Shown: piece after piece, positions 26,272 through 35,963 of the stretch
Layout of the letters: the number at the start of each line of letters is the position of its first letter
Numbering within the stretch: position 1 is the stretch's first letter
NCBI GenBank assembly: GCA_963794325.1
Contig: CAWCDG010000006.1
Span: 1-64,000, forward strand
From: an uncultured delta proteobacterium
Lineage (GTDB): Bacteria; Desulfobacterota; Binatia; Binatales; Binataceae
DNA: 64,000 nucleotides
Reading direction: 5' to 3'
The notes under the pieces: generated by a model
Database searches by the model: none
The model's input: only the letters and a program-made list of their open reading frames with translations
Told to the model about the DNA's origin: nothing
Made by a program: the position numbers and the translations under genes

Positions 26272-28026
26272 CTAGTCCGCCGCTGCCGTGGTGTGTTCGA
26301 TCAACTGCGATTGCGGCAGGTAATCCTCCGCGACCTCAGGTGAGCTGTATTCGTACGGTCCGCGGTAAACGATTGGCACCGGTCCGGGCCAATTGCCGTG
26401 CGGCGGCGGCGACGGCGTCGTCCACTCCAGGGTATTCGAGTGCCACGGATTCTCGGTGGCCTTCTCCCCCCACCAGTAGCTGTAGATGATATTCGCCAGG
26501 AAGATGAACTGCGCGGCGCCGAGCACAAAGGCGCTAATCGAAATAAATTCGTTGATCGGGATGATCGGCTTCAGAAAATCGTACTGCTGCGGATTGTAGA
26601 TGCGCCGCATGTGTCCAGCCATCCCGAGGATGTGCATCGGGAAGAACGTGCAGTTGAACGCGACGAACGTGATCCAGAAATGGATTTTGCCGAGCGTCTC
26701 GTTCATCATGCGGCCGAACATCTTGGGATACCAAAAAGTAACTCCCGCGAAGATGCCAAACAGGCTGCCGCCGAATAGTACGTAGTGAATGTGCGCGACG
26801 ATGAAGTAGGTATCGTGGATGTACATGTCGACGGGAGTGGAGGCCATCCAGATTCCCGACAGCCCGCCGATGACGAACATCGCGACGAACGCGAGCGCGT
26901 TCATCATCGCCGTCGTGTAATGGATGTTGCCCTTGTAGAGCGTGCCAAGCCAGTTGAAAGTCTTAATCGCGGACGGCACTCCGATGATCATCGTCGTGAT
27001 CATGAAGCTGCTGCCGAGCGCGGGGTCCATCCCCGACTGAAACATGTGATGGCCCCATACGACCCACGACAGGAACGCGATCGCGATCATCGCGTACGCC
27101 ATCGCGCGGTAGCCGAAGATCGGCTTGCGCGAAAACACCGAGATGATCTCCGACGAGATGCCCATCGCGGGCAGGATCATTATGTAGACCTCGGGGTGGC
27201 CGAAGAACCAGAACAGATGCTGCCAGAGCAGCGGCTCGCCGCCGCCCGCGGGCAGAAAGAAGTGCGTGCCGCCCATGCGATCGAACAGCAACAACGCGAG
27301 CGCCGTGGTCAACACCGGCAGCGCGAGCAGCAACAGGATCGCCGTGATGAACAAGGACCAGATCACCAGCGGCAAGCGGAAGAAATACATGCCTTTGGTG
27401 CGCATGTTGATGATCGTCGTGATGTAGTTGATCGAGCCCATCAGCGACGACGCGCCGAGCACGATGATACTGATGCACCACAAGTCCTGGCCCCAATCGA
27501 CGCCGGTGTATATCGGTACCGCGCTAAGTGGAGCGTACGAGGTCCAGCCCGCAGCTGCCGGCCCGCCGGTCACGAAGAACGACGACAGCATGATCACGCC
27601 GGCGACCGCGCCGACCCAGAACGAGAGCATGTTGAGCTTGGGGAACGCCATGTCGCGCGCGCCAATCATCAGCGGGATGAGAAAGTTGCCGAAGCATCCG
27701 ACCAGGATCGGCATCACCACGAAGAAGATCATGATGGTGGCGTGCATCGTGAACATTGCGTTGTAGGTGTTGGGCGGGATAGCGCCGTCGTACATGAACG
27801 GCTCGGGCACCCAGTGAAATCCGGGGACCGCGGTTTCGGGAAACGCCAGCTCCCACCGCATCAACATCGCCATCAGGCCGCCGATCGACATCATGAACAG
27901 CGCCATGAACAGGAACTGGCGGCCGATCATCTTGTGATCTTCGGAAAAAATGTAGGTGCGCATGAAGCCGAGCTCATGATGCTCGGCGTGCGCGCCGTGC
28001 GCCGCAACCGCTGCCGTGCTACTCAT
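26272..28026 (-). CDS. ctaD: Cytochrome c oxidase subunit I, A1 type
   Basis: TMHATIM, ARDMAFP (D-channel), FGHPEVY, WGHHMF, PSAIKTF (K-channel), AHIHYV. Confidence 0.97.
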   Translation of the reverse strand: MSSTAAVAAHGAHAEHHELGFMRTYIFSEDHKMIGRQFLFMALFMMSIGGLMAMLMRWELAFPETAVPGFHWVPEPFMYDGAIPPNTYNAMFTMHATIMIFFVVMPILVGCFGNFLIPLMIGARDMAFPKLNMLSFWVGAVAGVIMLSSFFVTGGPAAAGWTSYAPLSAVPIYTGVDWGQDLWCISIIVLGASSLMGSINYITTIINMRTKGMYFFRLPLVIWSLFITAILLLLALPVLTTALALLLFDRMGGTHFFLPAGGGEPLLWQHLFWFFGHPEVYIMILPAMGISSEIISVFSRKPIFGYRAMAYAMIAIAFLSWVVWGHHMFQSGMDPALGSSFMITTMIIGVPSAIKTFNWLGTLYKGNIHYTTAMMNALAFVAMFVIGGLSGIWMASTPVDMYIHDTYFIVAHIHYVLFGGSLFGIFAGVTFWYPKMFGRMMNETLGKIHFWITFVAFNCTFFPMHILGMAGHMRRIYNPQQYDFLKPIIPINEFISISAFVLGAAQFIFLANIIYSYWWGEKATENPWHSNTLEWTTPSPPPHGNWPGPVPIVYRGPYEYSSPEVAEDYLPQSQLIEHTTAAAD

Positions 28027-28070
28027 CTTCGACTAGCTCCTCCCGGGGATGTGGCCGGTGAGTGCGGGCA

Positions 28071-28739
28071 TTACTTGTTCTGCGAATATTCGTCTTTGAG
28101 CCACTTGTCGTAATCCTCTTGCGACTGCACCGTCAGGTTGCCCTTCATCCCCGAATGCCCGAAGCCGCAAAGCTCGGCGCATGGAATTTCGTATTGCCCG
28201 ACTTCGGTCGCCTCGAACCAAACGTGAATGATACGGCCCGGCACCGCGTCCTGCTTGAGACGCATGTTGGGGACGAAGAAACTGTGAATCACGTCCTTCG
28301 ACGTCAGATCGATCCGCACCACCTTGTTCACCGGCACGTGCAGCTCGTTGTCCATCGTGAGTTCGCTTTTCGTGCCGAATTTACCGTCCGGTCCGGGGTA
28401 CGTGATTTCCCAGTTGAACTGCTTCGCGTTCACCTTGTAGAAGACGTCGCCCGGAGGTCCATGCTCCTTGATATCGGCCCACGTCGAGCGGCTCATAATC
28501 GCCAGGGTGATGAGAATAACCGTGGTCGCCGTGGTCCAGATTATCTCGAGACGCGAATTGCCTTCGATATACTCCGCCTTGCGGCCGGGCCGGGTGCGAT
28601 AGCGAATCATGAAGACCACCATCGCGATCATCACCGCGATCCAGACGACCATGACGATCCAGAAGATCAGCTCGAAGAGCCAATCGATCCGGGGACCGAA
28701 GGTCGAAATGTCGTGTGGAAAGTACAGATGCTCGAGCAT
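28071..28739 (-). CDS. ctaC: Cytochrome c oxidase subunit II (CuA, no fused cytochrome c)
   Basis: LEIIWT, DVIHSF, CAELCGFGHSGM. Confidence 0.95.
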   Translation of the reverse strand: MLEHLYFPHDISTFGPRIDWLFELIFWIVMVVWIAVMIAMVVFMIRYRTRPGRKAEYIEGNSRLEIIWTTATTVILITLAIMSRSTWADIKEHGPPGDVFYKVNAKQFNWEITYPGPDGKFGTKSELTMDNELHVPVNKVVRIDLTSKDVIHSFFVPNMRLKQDAVPGRIIHVWFEATEVGQYEIPCAELCGFGHSGMKGNLTVQSQEDYDKWLKDEYSQNK

Positions 28740-29162
28740 CGAAGCGTCACCTCTGCGCTATCAACGTGTAAATGGCGGACGAGCGTCGCCGCACCGACCA
28801 GGGCGGCTGATACAACCTGCCAACGCCTTGCGATTCATGAATTCGGTGCGATTATGCCCGTCAGCACCACGATTAGTGAAATGAAAAATCCTTGTCCCCC
28901 GCCGCAACCCGCGCTTAATTAACCAGCACATGACGCTCATATTTCGCCAGCAAATTCAAGCGCTTCACGGTCTCAGGATCGCGGAACGTGCGCGCGCCGA
29001 AATCAGTGGAGCGCCGCGCGATTTTTCGAAAACCGGCACCGGCTGCCCGTTCCTGCCGTTCGCCTTGCCCGCTTGGTCAGAATGACGGGATGTCGCACGA
29101 TTGGCGGCAACAAATCTTTGAGCTAGAAGGGCTAGTTGAGGAAGAGGAGGTCCCGGTCTGTT

Positions 29163-30950
29163 ATGCCTGATCGTGTGGCGACGCTTTCCCAAAACTTCGA
29201 GGCGAATGCGCAGAAGTATGGCTCGCGCGCGTTCCTGAAAGAGAAGCGCGACAAGCGTTGGACGGACCATTCGTGGACCGAGGTTTCCGAGGCCGCCGGC
29301 AAGCTGCGCGCGGGTTTGCTGAAGCTGGGCGTGCGCCCCGGCGATCGCGTGGCAATCCTTTCCGACAATTGCCCCGAATGGATCGTCGTCGATCAAGCCG
29401 TGCTCGGGCTCGGCGCGATCGTCGTACCGCTCTACACCACCAGCGGACCCGAGGAGACCGCCCACGTCATCAGCGACTCGGGAGCTAAAGTGATTGCGGC
29501 CAACGGTCCCGAGATGGTCAAGAAAATTCTGGGACTGAGCGCCTCGATTCCCGACGTCAGCACAATTGTCGCGATGCATAGCGATGCGGAATCGGTGCCC
29601 GCATCCAACGGAACGCCCGCCGTAATGACCGCCGCGTCGCTAAGCGCCGAGACCCCGGCCGCGATCGTCGAGGGCAGCAGCGATGACCTCGCGACGATCA
29701 TCTATACGTCGGGGACCACGGGCACCTCGAAGGGCGTCATGCTCTCGCACGGCAATCTGCTCGCCAATGCGGAAGACTCGCTCGCTGCACTCGCGCTCGA
29801 CGATACCGACATGACGCTGTCGCATCTGCCGATCGCGCACTCGTTCGAGCGGACCGCGGGCTACTACACGGTCGCGATGGCGGGAGGGACGATCGCCTTT
29901 GCGGAGAGCCTGGGACAGATCGCGTCGAACCTGACCGAGGTCCAGCCGACCGTGGTGCTCACAGTGCCGCGCCTGCTCGAAGTGATACATAGCCGCGTGC
30001 TGCGCACGGTCGAGACGTCGCCGCCGATGCGCCAGCGGCTGTTCAAGATGGCGCTCAATGCGGGCGAGCAAGCCAGTGAGTACCGGAATCGGGGGAAACC
30101 GTTGCCTCCACTGCTCGCGCTCTCGATGGCGGTATACCGGCGGTTGGTCTTTGCGCGAGTGCGCGCGATCTTTGGCGGTCGAATCCGTTACCTGATTTCC
30201 GGCGGCGCACCGCTGCCGACCGAGATCAACCGGTTCCTGTCAGCCGCCGAAGTTCCGATCGTCGAAGGCTACGGCCTGACCGAGGCGTCCCCGGTCGTGG
30301 CGGTCAATCTGCACCACGGCAAGACCCGAATCGGCACCGTGGGACTGCCGTTGAATCGCATTCAGGTCGAGACCGCGCCAGACGGCGAGTTGCTGCTGCG
30401 CGGGCCGAATATAATGAAGGGGTACTACAAGCTCGAAGCCGAAACCAAGGAAGCGATCGACGAAAACGGATGGCTGCATACCGGCGACATCGCGAAGATC
30501 GACGTCGAAGGCTACATCGCGATCACCGACCGCAAAAAAGAAATCATCGTGTCGTCGGGAGGCAAGAACATCTCGCCAGCATACGTCGAGAGCAAGCTCA
30601 CCGGCGACAAGTTCATCAGTCAGGCGTGCGTGATCGGCGACCGCCGCAAGCATCTCGGGGCGCTGGTGGTGCCGGATTACGAAAACCTGGTGGATTTTCT
30701 GAAGGAGAACAATCTCGACCCGACGAATTCGGATGCGCTCGCGAAATCAAAAGAGTTGAAAACATTCATCCACGGGCGGATTCGAGAAATCAACAAACAA
30801 CTCTCGGATGTCGAGGCGATCGCGACATTCACGATCGTCCCGCAGCCGTTCACCCAGGAAAACGGCGAGCTGACCCCGTCGCTAAAGGTGCGCCGCAAGA
30901 TCGTTCAGGCGCACTTCAAGGATCAGATCGATTCAATGTACGGGGATTGA
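29163..30950 (+). CDS. Long-chain fatty acid--CoA ligase
   Basis: IIYTSGTTGTSKGV, EGYGLTE, WLHTGD, DRKKEII, LTPSLKVRR. Confidence 0.92.
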   Translation: MPDRVATLSQNFEANAQKYGSRAFLKEKRDKRWTDHSWTEVSEAAGKLRAGLLKLGVRPGDRVAILSDNCPEWIVVDQAVLGLGAIVVPLYTTSGPEETAHVISDSGAKVIAANGPEMVKKILGLSASIPDVSTIVAMHSDAESVPASNGTPAVMTAASLSAETPAAIVEGSSDDLATIIYTSGTTGTSKGVMLSHGNLLANAEDSLAALALDDTDMTLSHLPIAHSFERTAGYYTVAMAGGTIAFAESLGQIASNLTEVQPTVVLTVPRLLEVIHSRVLRTVETSPPMRQRLFKMALNAGEQASEYRNRGKPLPPLLALSMAVYRRLVFARVRAIFGGRIRYLISGGAPLPTEINRFLSAAEVPIVEGYGLTEASPVVAVNLHHGKTRIGTVGLPLNRIQVETAPDGELLLRGPNIMKGYYKLEAETKEAIDENGWLHTGDIAKIDVEGYIAITDRKKEIIVSSGGKNISPAYVESKLTGDKFISQACVIGDRRKHLGALVVPDYENLVDFLKENNLDPTNSDALAKSKELKTFIHGRIREINKQLSDVEAIATFTIVPQPFTQENGELTPSLKVRRKIVQAHFKDQIDSMYGD

Positions 30951-30977
30951 ACCGCGGGCGTCGTGCTCGATTCGAAG

Positions 30978-31084
30978 AACCTAACCCCTAACCCCTTCCC
31001 GCGCGGGAAGGGGAACCAGATTTGACGCAACTATTCCGCCCCGTCCTATCCCCCTCGCCCCCTTTCCCGCGGGAAAGGGGGAAC
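30978..31084. repeat. REP-like repeat plus a variant unit
   Basis: Full unit 30978-31020; variant CCCCCTTTCCC-GC-GGGAAAGGGGG at ~31045-31084. Confidence 0.85.
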
Positions 31085-31206
31085 AGACGCTAGAATGACA
31101 CCAGAAAAGAACCTGAGAGCAAAATGGCGTCCTCGCCATTTTGCGATTATCGCTGGGTGCAGGGGTCACCCCTGCCGCGGGGTGCGGGGCGAGGAGCCCC
31201 GCCGTT

Positions 31207-31701
31207 TTACTTGCTGCCGTTCTCTGCGGCCATCAGTACGTGAATCGTCGTCAGCTTCTTCACCATGTACGCGCGCTTGCCCTTGGGCGTGACGACTTCG
31301 ATATCGTCCTCGGCCGCTTTGCCGATTAGCGCACGGCCCAGCGGTGACGACAGCGAGATGCGGTTTTGCGCGCCGTCGACTTCCTCGGGCACGACGATCT
31401 CGTACTCCGCGACTCCGCCTTCATCGAGATCCTCGAGCTTGACGCGACTGCCTAGGCCTACTGTGTCCCGCGGGATCGTCTCGAGGTCGATCATCGTGAG
31501 CTCGGCGATTCTCGTCTCGAGGTTGCCGACGCGCGCCCGCAGGAATTCCTGACGCTGCTTGGCCATCGCATATTCCGCGTTTTCGGACAGATCGCCATGC
31601 GCACGCGCGCGTTCGAGTTCCTTGGGCAGGTCCACGGTCAGCTCATGCTTGAGCGTCTCGAGGTCTTTTTTGAGCCGCTTGATTACCGGTAATTCAGCCA
31701 T
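31207..31701 (-). CDS. greA: Transcription elongation factor GreA
   Basis: ARAHGDLSENAEY, ISLSSPLGRALIGK. Confidence 0.93.
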   Translation of the reverse strand: MAELPVIKRLKKDLETLKHELTVDLPKELERARAHGDLSENAEYAMAKQRQEFLRARVGNLETRIAELTMIDLETIPRDTVGLGSRVKLEDLDEGGVAEYEIVVPEEVDGAQNRISLSSPLGRALIGKAAEDDIEVVTPKGKRAYMVKKLTTIHVLMAAENGSK

Positions 31702-31764
31702 CGATACATTCTTCCTGAATGCCGTTCTACTTTAATTCTATACGATTCGCCGAGCCTGCGAGCG

Positions 31765-31998
31765 TCAATCCGCTACGATCGAAGTCAGGCTCCGATTGAC
31801 TCCCGTCACGCTCTGAATCTTGTGCACGATCAGCTCGCCGAGTGAGGTCACGTCCGCGGCCTCGGCGATCGCAATGATGTCGTGCGGTCCGGTGACCGCA
31901 TGCGCCACGGAAACTCCGGGCACTCCGCGAATCTTTGCCGCGACTTCGCGCGCCTTTCCCGGCGACGTGTCTATAAGGATGAATGCCTTCACTGCCAT
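31765..31998 (-). CDS. Stand-alone Lrp/AsnC ligand-binding (RAM) domain protein
   Basis: AFILI...PGK...VTGPHDIIA...IQSVTGV..SLT. Confidence 0.85.
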   Translation of the reverse strand: MAVKAFILIDTSPGKAREVAAKIRGVPGVSVAHAVTGPHDIIAIAEAADVTSLGELIVHKIQSVTGVNRSLTSIVAD

Positions 31999-32038
31999 AC
32001 TGGTTTTCCTCCGGGGCGTGCCGTAATCGGCAACGGGT

Positions 32039-32920
32039 TTAGCGAGGTGGCGGAATCAAAGCACCCTTCTCATCATACACATAAAATCCACGGCCGGATT
32101 TGCGGCCGAGATAGCCGGCATCAACGTATTTCTTCAGCAGCGGGCATGGACGGTACTTGTCGTCGCCGAGCACCCGATGCATCACCTCCATGATCGCCAG
32201 GCAGGTGTCGAGCCCAATCAGGTCCGCGAGCTCGAGCGGACCCATCGGCTGATTGGTGCCAAGCTTCATCGCAGTGTCGATATCGGTCACGCCGCCGACC
32301 CCTTCGTACATCGTGTAAATCGCTTCGTTGATCATCGGCAGCAGCACGCGATTGACGATGAATCCCGGAAAATCCTGCGCGGTCATGGTGGTCTTGCCGA
32401 GCTGCTCGGCGAGCGTGCGCGTCTGCTGAAAGGTCGCTTCCGAGGTCGCCAGCCCGCGAATGATTTCGACCAGCTTCATCGCCGGCACCGGATTCATGAA
32501 ATGCATCCCAATCACGCGGTCGGCACGCGAGGTCTTCGCGCCCATTTTGGTAATCGAAATCGACGACGTGTTCGAGGCGAAAATCGTTTCCGGCGGACAG
32601 ACCTTGTCGAGCTTCTGCAGCAGCGCGATCTTCGCGTCCTCGTTTTCGATCACCGCCTCGATCACGAAGCCAACCTTGCCGAGGTCCTCGAGATTGGTGG
32701 TGGTCTCGACGCGGCGCATCACGCGGTCGCGCTCTTCGGGCTTGAAGCGGCCGCGCTCGATCATGCGGTCTAGGTTGCGCGCGATCGAATCAACGCCGCG
32801 CTTGCACATCTCAGGCGAGATATCATGCATCACGACCGCGAGCTCCGCCTGCGCCGCGACCTGCGCGATTCCCGCACCCATCTGCCCTGCCCCGATAACG
32901 CCGATCTGATGCAAACTCAT
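32039..32920 (-). CDS. hbd: 3-hydroxybutyryl-CoA dehydrogenase
   Basis: GVIGAGQMGAGIA, ASNTSS, GMHFMNP, PGFIVNR, PMGPLELADLIGLD, GRKSGRGFY. Confidence 0.92.
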   Translation of the reverse strand: MSLHQIGVIGAGQMGAGIAQVAAQAELAVVMHDISPEMCKRGVDSIARNLDRMIERGRFKPEERDRVMRRVETTTNLEDLGKVGFVIEAVIENEDAKIALLQKLDKVCPPETIFASNTSSISITKMGAKTSRADRVIGMHFMNPVPAMKLVEIIRGLATSEATFQQTRTLAEQLGKTTMTAQDFPGFIVNRVLLPMINEAIYTMYEGVGGVTDIDTAMKLGTNQPMGPLELADLIGLDTCLAIMEVMHRVLGDDKYRPCPLLKKYVDAGYLGRKSGRGFYVYDEKGALIPPPR

Positions 32921-32949
32921 TGGTGTCTCCGAAAACAATTCCGCGCGAT

Positions 32950-33228
32950 CTAGAGGTACGGGATATAATTCTTGAGCGAGCTAAGCAACGCAGCAACGTC
33001 AGCCTCGTCGCCCAGGTCGCGGCACAAAATCTCGTAGTAACCTTTGATGCGCCCGCGCTCCTGATTCTCGGGCGCTTCCGCCAGCATCGCCTGGAAGTCT
33101 TTGAGGATCGCCTGCGCTTCGAGCTTTTTCTTTACCGGGATCGCCTCGTCATCGACCGCAATCAGCAACCGGATGTGATCGATCATCCGATTCATCACGG
33201 CAAAATCGCTGCGATCTTTTTCCACCAT
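32950..33228 (-). CDS. Hypothetical protein
   Basis: 92-aa ORF packed between co-oriented genes. Confidence 0.65.
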   Translation of the reverse strand: MVEKDRSDFAVMNRMIDHIRLLIAVDDEAIPVKKKLEAQAILKDFQAMLAEAPENQERGRIKGYYEILCRDLGDEADVAALLSSLKNYIPYL

Positions 33229-33248
33229 CGACTAGTGATGCTCCGGGG

Positions 33249-33611
33249 CTAATGATGCTCCGGCGGTTCCTCGCCGCCGACCCAGGTACCCGCGCCGCCG
33301 CCGCTGCGCATCGCGGTGCGCACCTTCATCACGTCCTCGGGCGACTGGCGGCCAGGCATCCCGAGGTTGCGCATCAGGACGTTCGTCATGTTCGAAGTCA
33401 GCCGGTCGCGGATAGTAGGCGCGTCACCGACTTGAGCGTCGAGCACCACGTCAACCTGCTCCCGGGTCAGACCTTCCGCGACAAAGATATCGACCAGCCC
33501 GGCCAGTCCGACTTCACCACCTGCGCGGTCGACAATCGCGACGACTTTTGCACATGGCGAGCAGACCCGTCGGAGGAAACCCGCCCGCTCGGTGCAATAC
33601 ACGCATCGCAT
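33249..33611 (-). CDS. Hypothetical protein with an N-terminal CxxC...CxxC (Zn-ribbon-like) motif
   Basis: MRCVYC...VCSPC. Confidence 0.65.
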   Translation of the reverse strand: MRCVYCTERAGFLRRVCSPCAKVVAIVDRAGGEVGLAGLVDIFVAEGLTREQVDVVLDAQVGDAPTIRDRLTSNMTNVLMRNLGMPGRQSPEDVMKVRTAMRSGGGAGTWVGGEEPPEHH

Positions 33612-33741
33612 CTTAAGATTTACCGCAAAGAGTCCCGAAAAAGCTTGAAGCGGCTGTGCGCACGAAAAATCGGCGCGCCCGCTTCATTTTTGAGGCTACT
33701 ACCGGCTCTAAATTGCCGCAAGCATGAAGCGACGAGCGTCA

Positions 33742-33791
33742 TTGACAGGGCGAACTGGCTGGACTAAATTCGGAATTGAGAATCATTCTCA
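33742..33791 (+). promoter_or_regulatory. Sigma70 promoter and Fur-type box
   Basis: TTGACA-N17-TAAATT; perfect 7-1-7 TGAGAAT-C-ATTCTCA at 33777-33791, upstream of an iron permease. Confidence 0.8.
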
Positions 33792-33818
33792 GAATTCACT
33801 GAAAAACTGAAATAACTC

Positions 33819-34664
33819 ATGACGCATACTGCTATCGCCTACTTTTTCTACTCGCTTGGCATCCTCTTTCGCGAGGGAATGGAGGCGATGCTCGTCGTTG
33901 TTGCGCTTGCAGCCGGTACGCGTGGCGAGGGACGAATCGGCCGCTCGCGCGACATCTATGCGGGCGCGATTGCAGCTATATTCGCCAGCATCATGCTCGC
34001 GTGGGCGGTCAATCATCTAATCACCGACGACGCCAGCGACACGCTCGAAGGCGTCTTTCAACTGTTCGCCGCCGCTACCCTTTTCTACGTCAGCTCGTGG
34101 ATGACCTCGAAGGGACAAGCCGACCGCTGGATGAAGTTTATTTCGCACAAGCTCGCGGACGCCGAGCACAGCAAGATTCCTGGCATCGCGCTCGGGCTGA
34201 CCGCGTTTCTGGCCGTGATGCGCGAGGGCGCGGAGACGATCGTGTTCTTCCAGGCGCTAACCAACGGCGCGACTGGAATCGGCGAGCGTCATGCAGTTGC
34301 GGCCGGCGTCGTCGCGGCTGCGGTCGCGCTCGCCGTGACATTCGTCGTCGTACAACGCGCTGCCGATCGAATCCCGATGCGGCTCTTCTTCCACACGACA
34401 TCTTTCATGCTCTACGCGTTGGCGATCGTGTTTATCGGCCAAGGTGTCGCGAGCTTGCAGGAAGCCTCGGTGGTGCCGGCGACCTTCGTGAACTACGCGC
34501 CGACGATCCCGATGCTCGGTCTGTTCCCGACTGTTCAATCGCTCGGCGCACAGGCGGTTCTGCTGATACTGGCAGCGGCGTACGTGTTCGTTCCGCGCAG
34601 CACCCCAACGACGCCAGTCAGGGTAGCTGAGCAGGCGGAGTTGCAGCGGGCGCGCCAGGCCTGA
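33819..34664 (+). CDS. FTR1/EfeU-family iron permease
   Basis: Two REGxE motifs (FREGMEA, MREGAET); multiple TM segments. Confidence 0.92.
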   Translation: MTHTAIAYFFYSLGILFREGMEAMLVVVALAAGTRGEGRIGRSRDIYAGAIAAIFASIMLAWAVNHLITDDASDTLEGVFQLFAAATLFYVSSWMTSKGQADRWMKFISHKLADAEHSKIPGIALGLTAFLAVMREGAETIVFFQALTNGATGIGERHAVAAGVVAAAVALAVTFVVVQRAADRIPMRLFFHTTSFMLYALAIVFIGQGVASLQEASVVPATFVNYAPTIPMLGLFPTVQSLGAQAVLLILAAAYVFVPRSTPTTPVRVAEQAELQRARQA

Positions 34665-35067
34665 GCGCAGGCGCCTCTGCGACAGAGTCTTCACCGCCAA
34701 ACAGTACGCCCTCGACGTCGGAACTCAGCTTCTCGGAAATCACCAGCGCTCGAAATCCCATCCGCGTGCATTGATCGACCATCGGATCGCGCGCGACCGC
34801 ACTGTGACGAACGCGCCTCAACACGACGCGCAAATCATTTGTGCGATCGAGCAATGTCGATAACCGCGCCATTACGATCGCGGTTGAATTGCCCCCGCCG
34901 GCCGCGAGATCGAGCGCCAACGATTCCGCATGCTCGGAGTCGGCGAGCGCATGAAGCGCAGTTTTGATTTCGGTGCATGCGGCGCCGGCATCACTCTCAG
35001 GCCCCGGCGATGAATCTGCAGCGCGAGTCGTGTGAATGGTGGCAAGCAGGACGCCGGCAACAATCAC
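34618..35067 (-). CDS. Hypothetical secreted helical protein
   Basis: Signal-like VIVAGVLLATIHTTRA, two Cys; start uncertain. Confidence 0.5.
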   Translation of the reverse strand: MIVAGVLLATIHTTRAADSSPGPESDAGAACTEIKTALHALADSEHAESLALDLAAGGGNSTAIVMARLSTLLDRTNDLRVVLRRVRHSAVARDPMVDQCTRMGFRALVISEKLSSDVEGVLFGGEDSVAEAPALRPGAPAATPPAQLP

Positions 35068-35090
35068 AACCCGCGTGGATACTGAAAAAA

Positions 35091-35564
35091 CTAGGCGGCG
35101 TTTTCCTCGCCAGTCTCGTAACCGATCGAGGTCAGGAACGCCTCCTTCTGGCCGGACGGCATAATGTAGATCCCGTCCCATCCGCAAACCTCTTCGCAGA
35201 GCAGGCATCCGACGCAGGTCTTTTCGTTGACCTGCACCTTGCCGAGATAGACCGCCGTGTTTTCCGGCGACGGCGAGATGCAATCGAACGGGCAAACGTC
35301 AACGCATACGCCGCATCCGTTGCAGTTGTCGGGATGGACGACGGCAACCGGGCGCTCGGCGCGCTTGAGCACGTGGGTTATCTCGCCGTGATTGTTCATG
35401 ATCGCGTCGTCGGGGCAAATCACGCCGCACGCGCCGCAATCGATACACATCGCGGCTTCGATGTAATAAACCTTTTTCGACAGACCCGAGATGGCGCCGG
35501 TTGGGCAACGCTTTTCGCACGCGCTGCATCCGGTGCAATTCTCGGCGATAATCTCAAATGGCAT
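35091..35564 (-). CDS. Polyferredoxin with four [4Fe-4S] motifs
   Basis: CTGCSACEKRCP, CIDCGACGVICP, CNGCGVCVDVCP, CVGCLLCEEVCG. Confidence 0.92.
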   Translation of the reverse strand: MPFEIIAENCTGCSACEKRCPTGAISGLSKKVYYIEAAMCIDCGACGVICPDDAIMNNHGEITHVLKRAERPVAVVHPDNCNGCGVCVDVCPFDCISPSPENTAVYLGKVQVNEKTCVGCLLCEEVCGWDGIYIMPSGQKEAFLTSIGYETGEENAA

Positions 35565-35573
35565 GCTGGTGGC

Positions 35574-35756
35574 CTACTTCCTCATCTCGTCGATAATCCG
35601 TTCGCGATGCCCATGCTCGATCAACTGATCGTTGCGCCGAGCCTGCTTGAGCGCGATGTAAGTGAAAAACATCACGAGGATCATCATCGCGATGATCGGG
35701 ATGTTATCGGGAACGGTTAGGATTTCGAGAAACTGTTGAAACCCGGTAATTTGCAC
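35574..35756 (-). CDS. Small membrane protein resembling the N-terminal 'PDNxPI' segment of cytochrome b subunit IV-like proteins
   Basis: MQITGFQQFLEILTVPDNIPIIAMMILVMFFTYIALKQARRNDQLIE; similarity recalled from memory, not searched. Confidence 0.7.
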   Translation of the reverse strand: MQITGFQQFLEILTVPDNIPIIAMMILVMFFTYIALKQARRNDQLIEHGHRERIIDEMRK

Positions 35757-35963
35757 GCTTGAACCCTCGCCACTCGACGTTATCTACAACCAGATGTACC
35801 AACCCCATTAGCCAGCGTCAACTTTGATGGGGCGACGGATGCGTATTGCTAATCGCATCACCAGCGCCGCAGTTGGACTTGAACACGCACTCAGTTCCTC
35901 TGGACGATACACCACTGGCTCTCCAGCCGCGGGCCTCCGAGACCGGGTAGTTCCATCGGTTCT

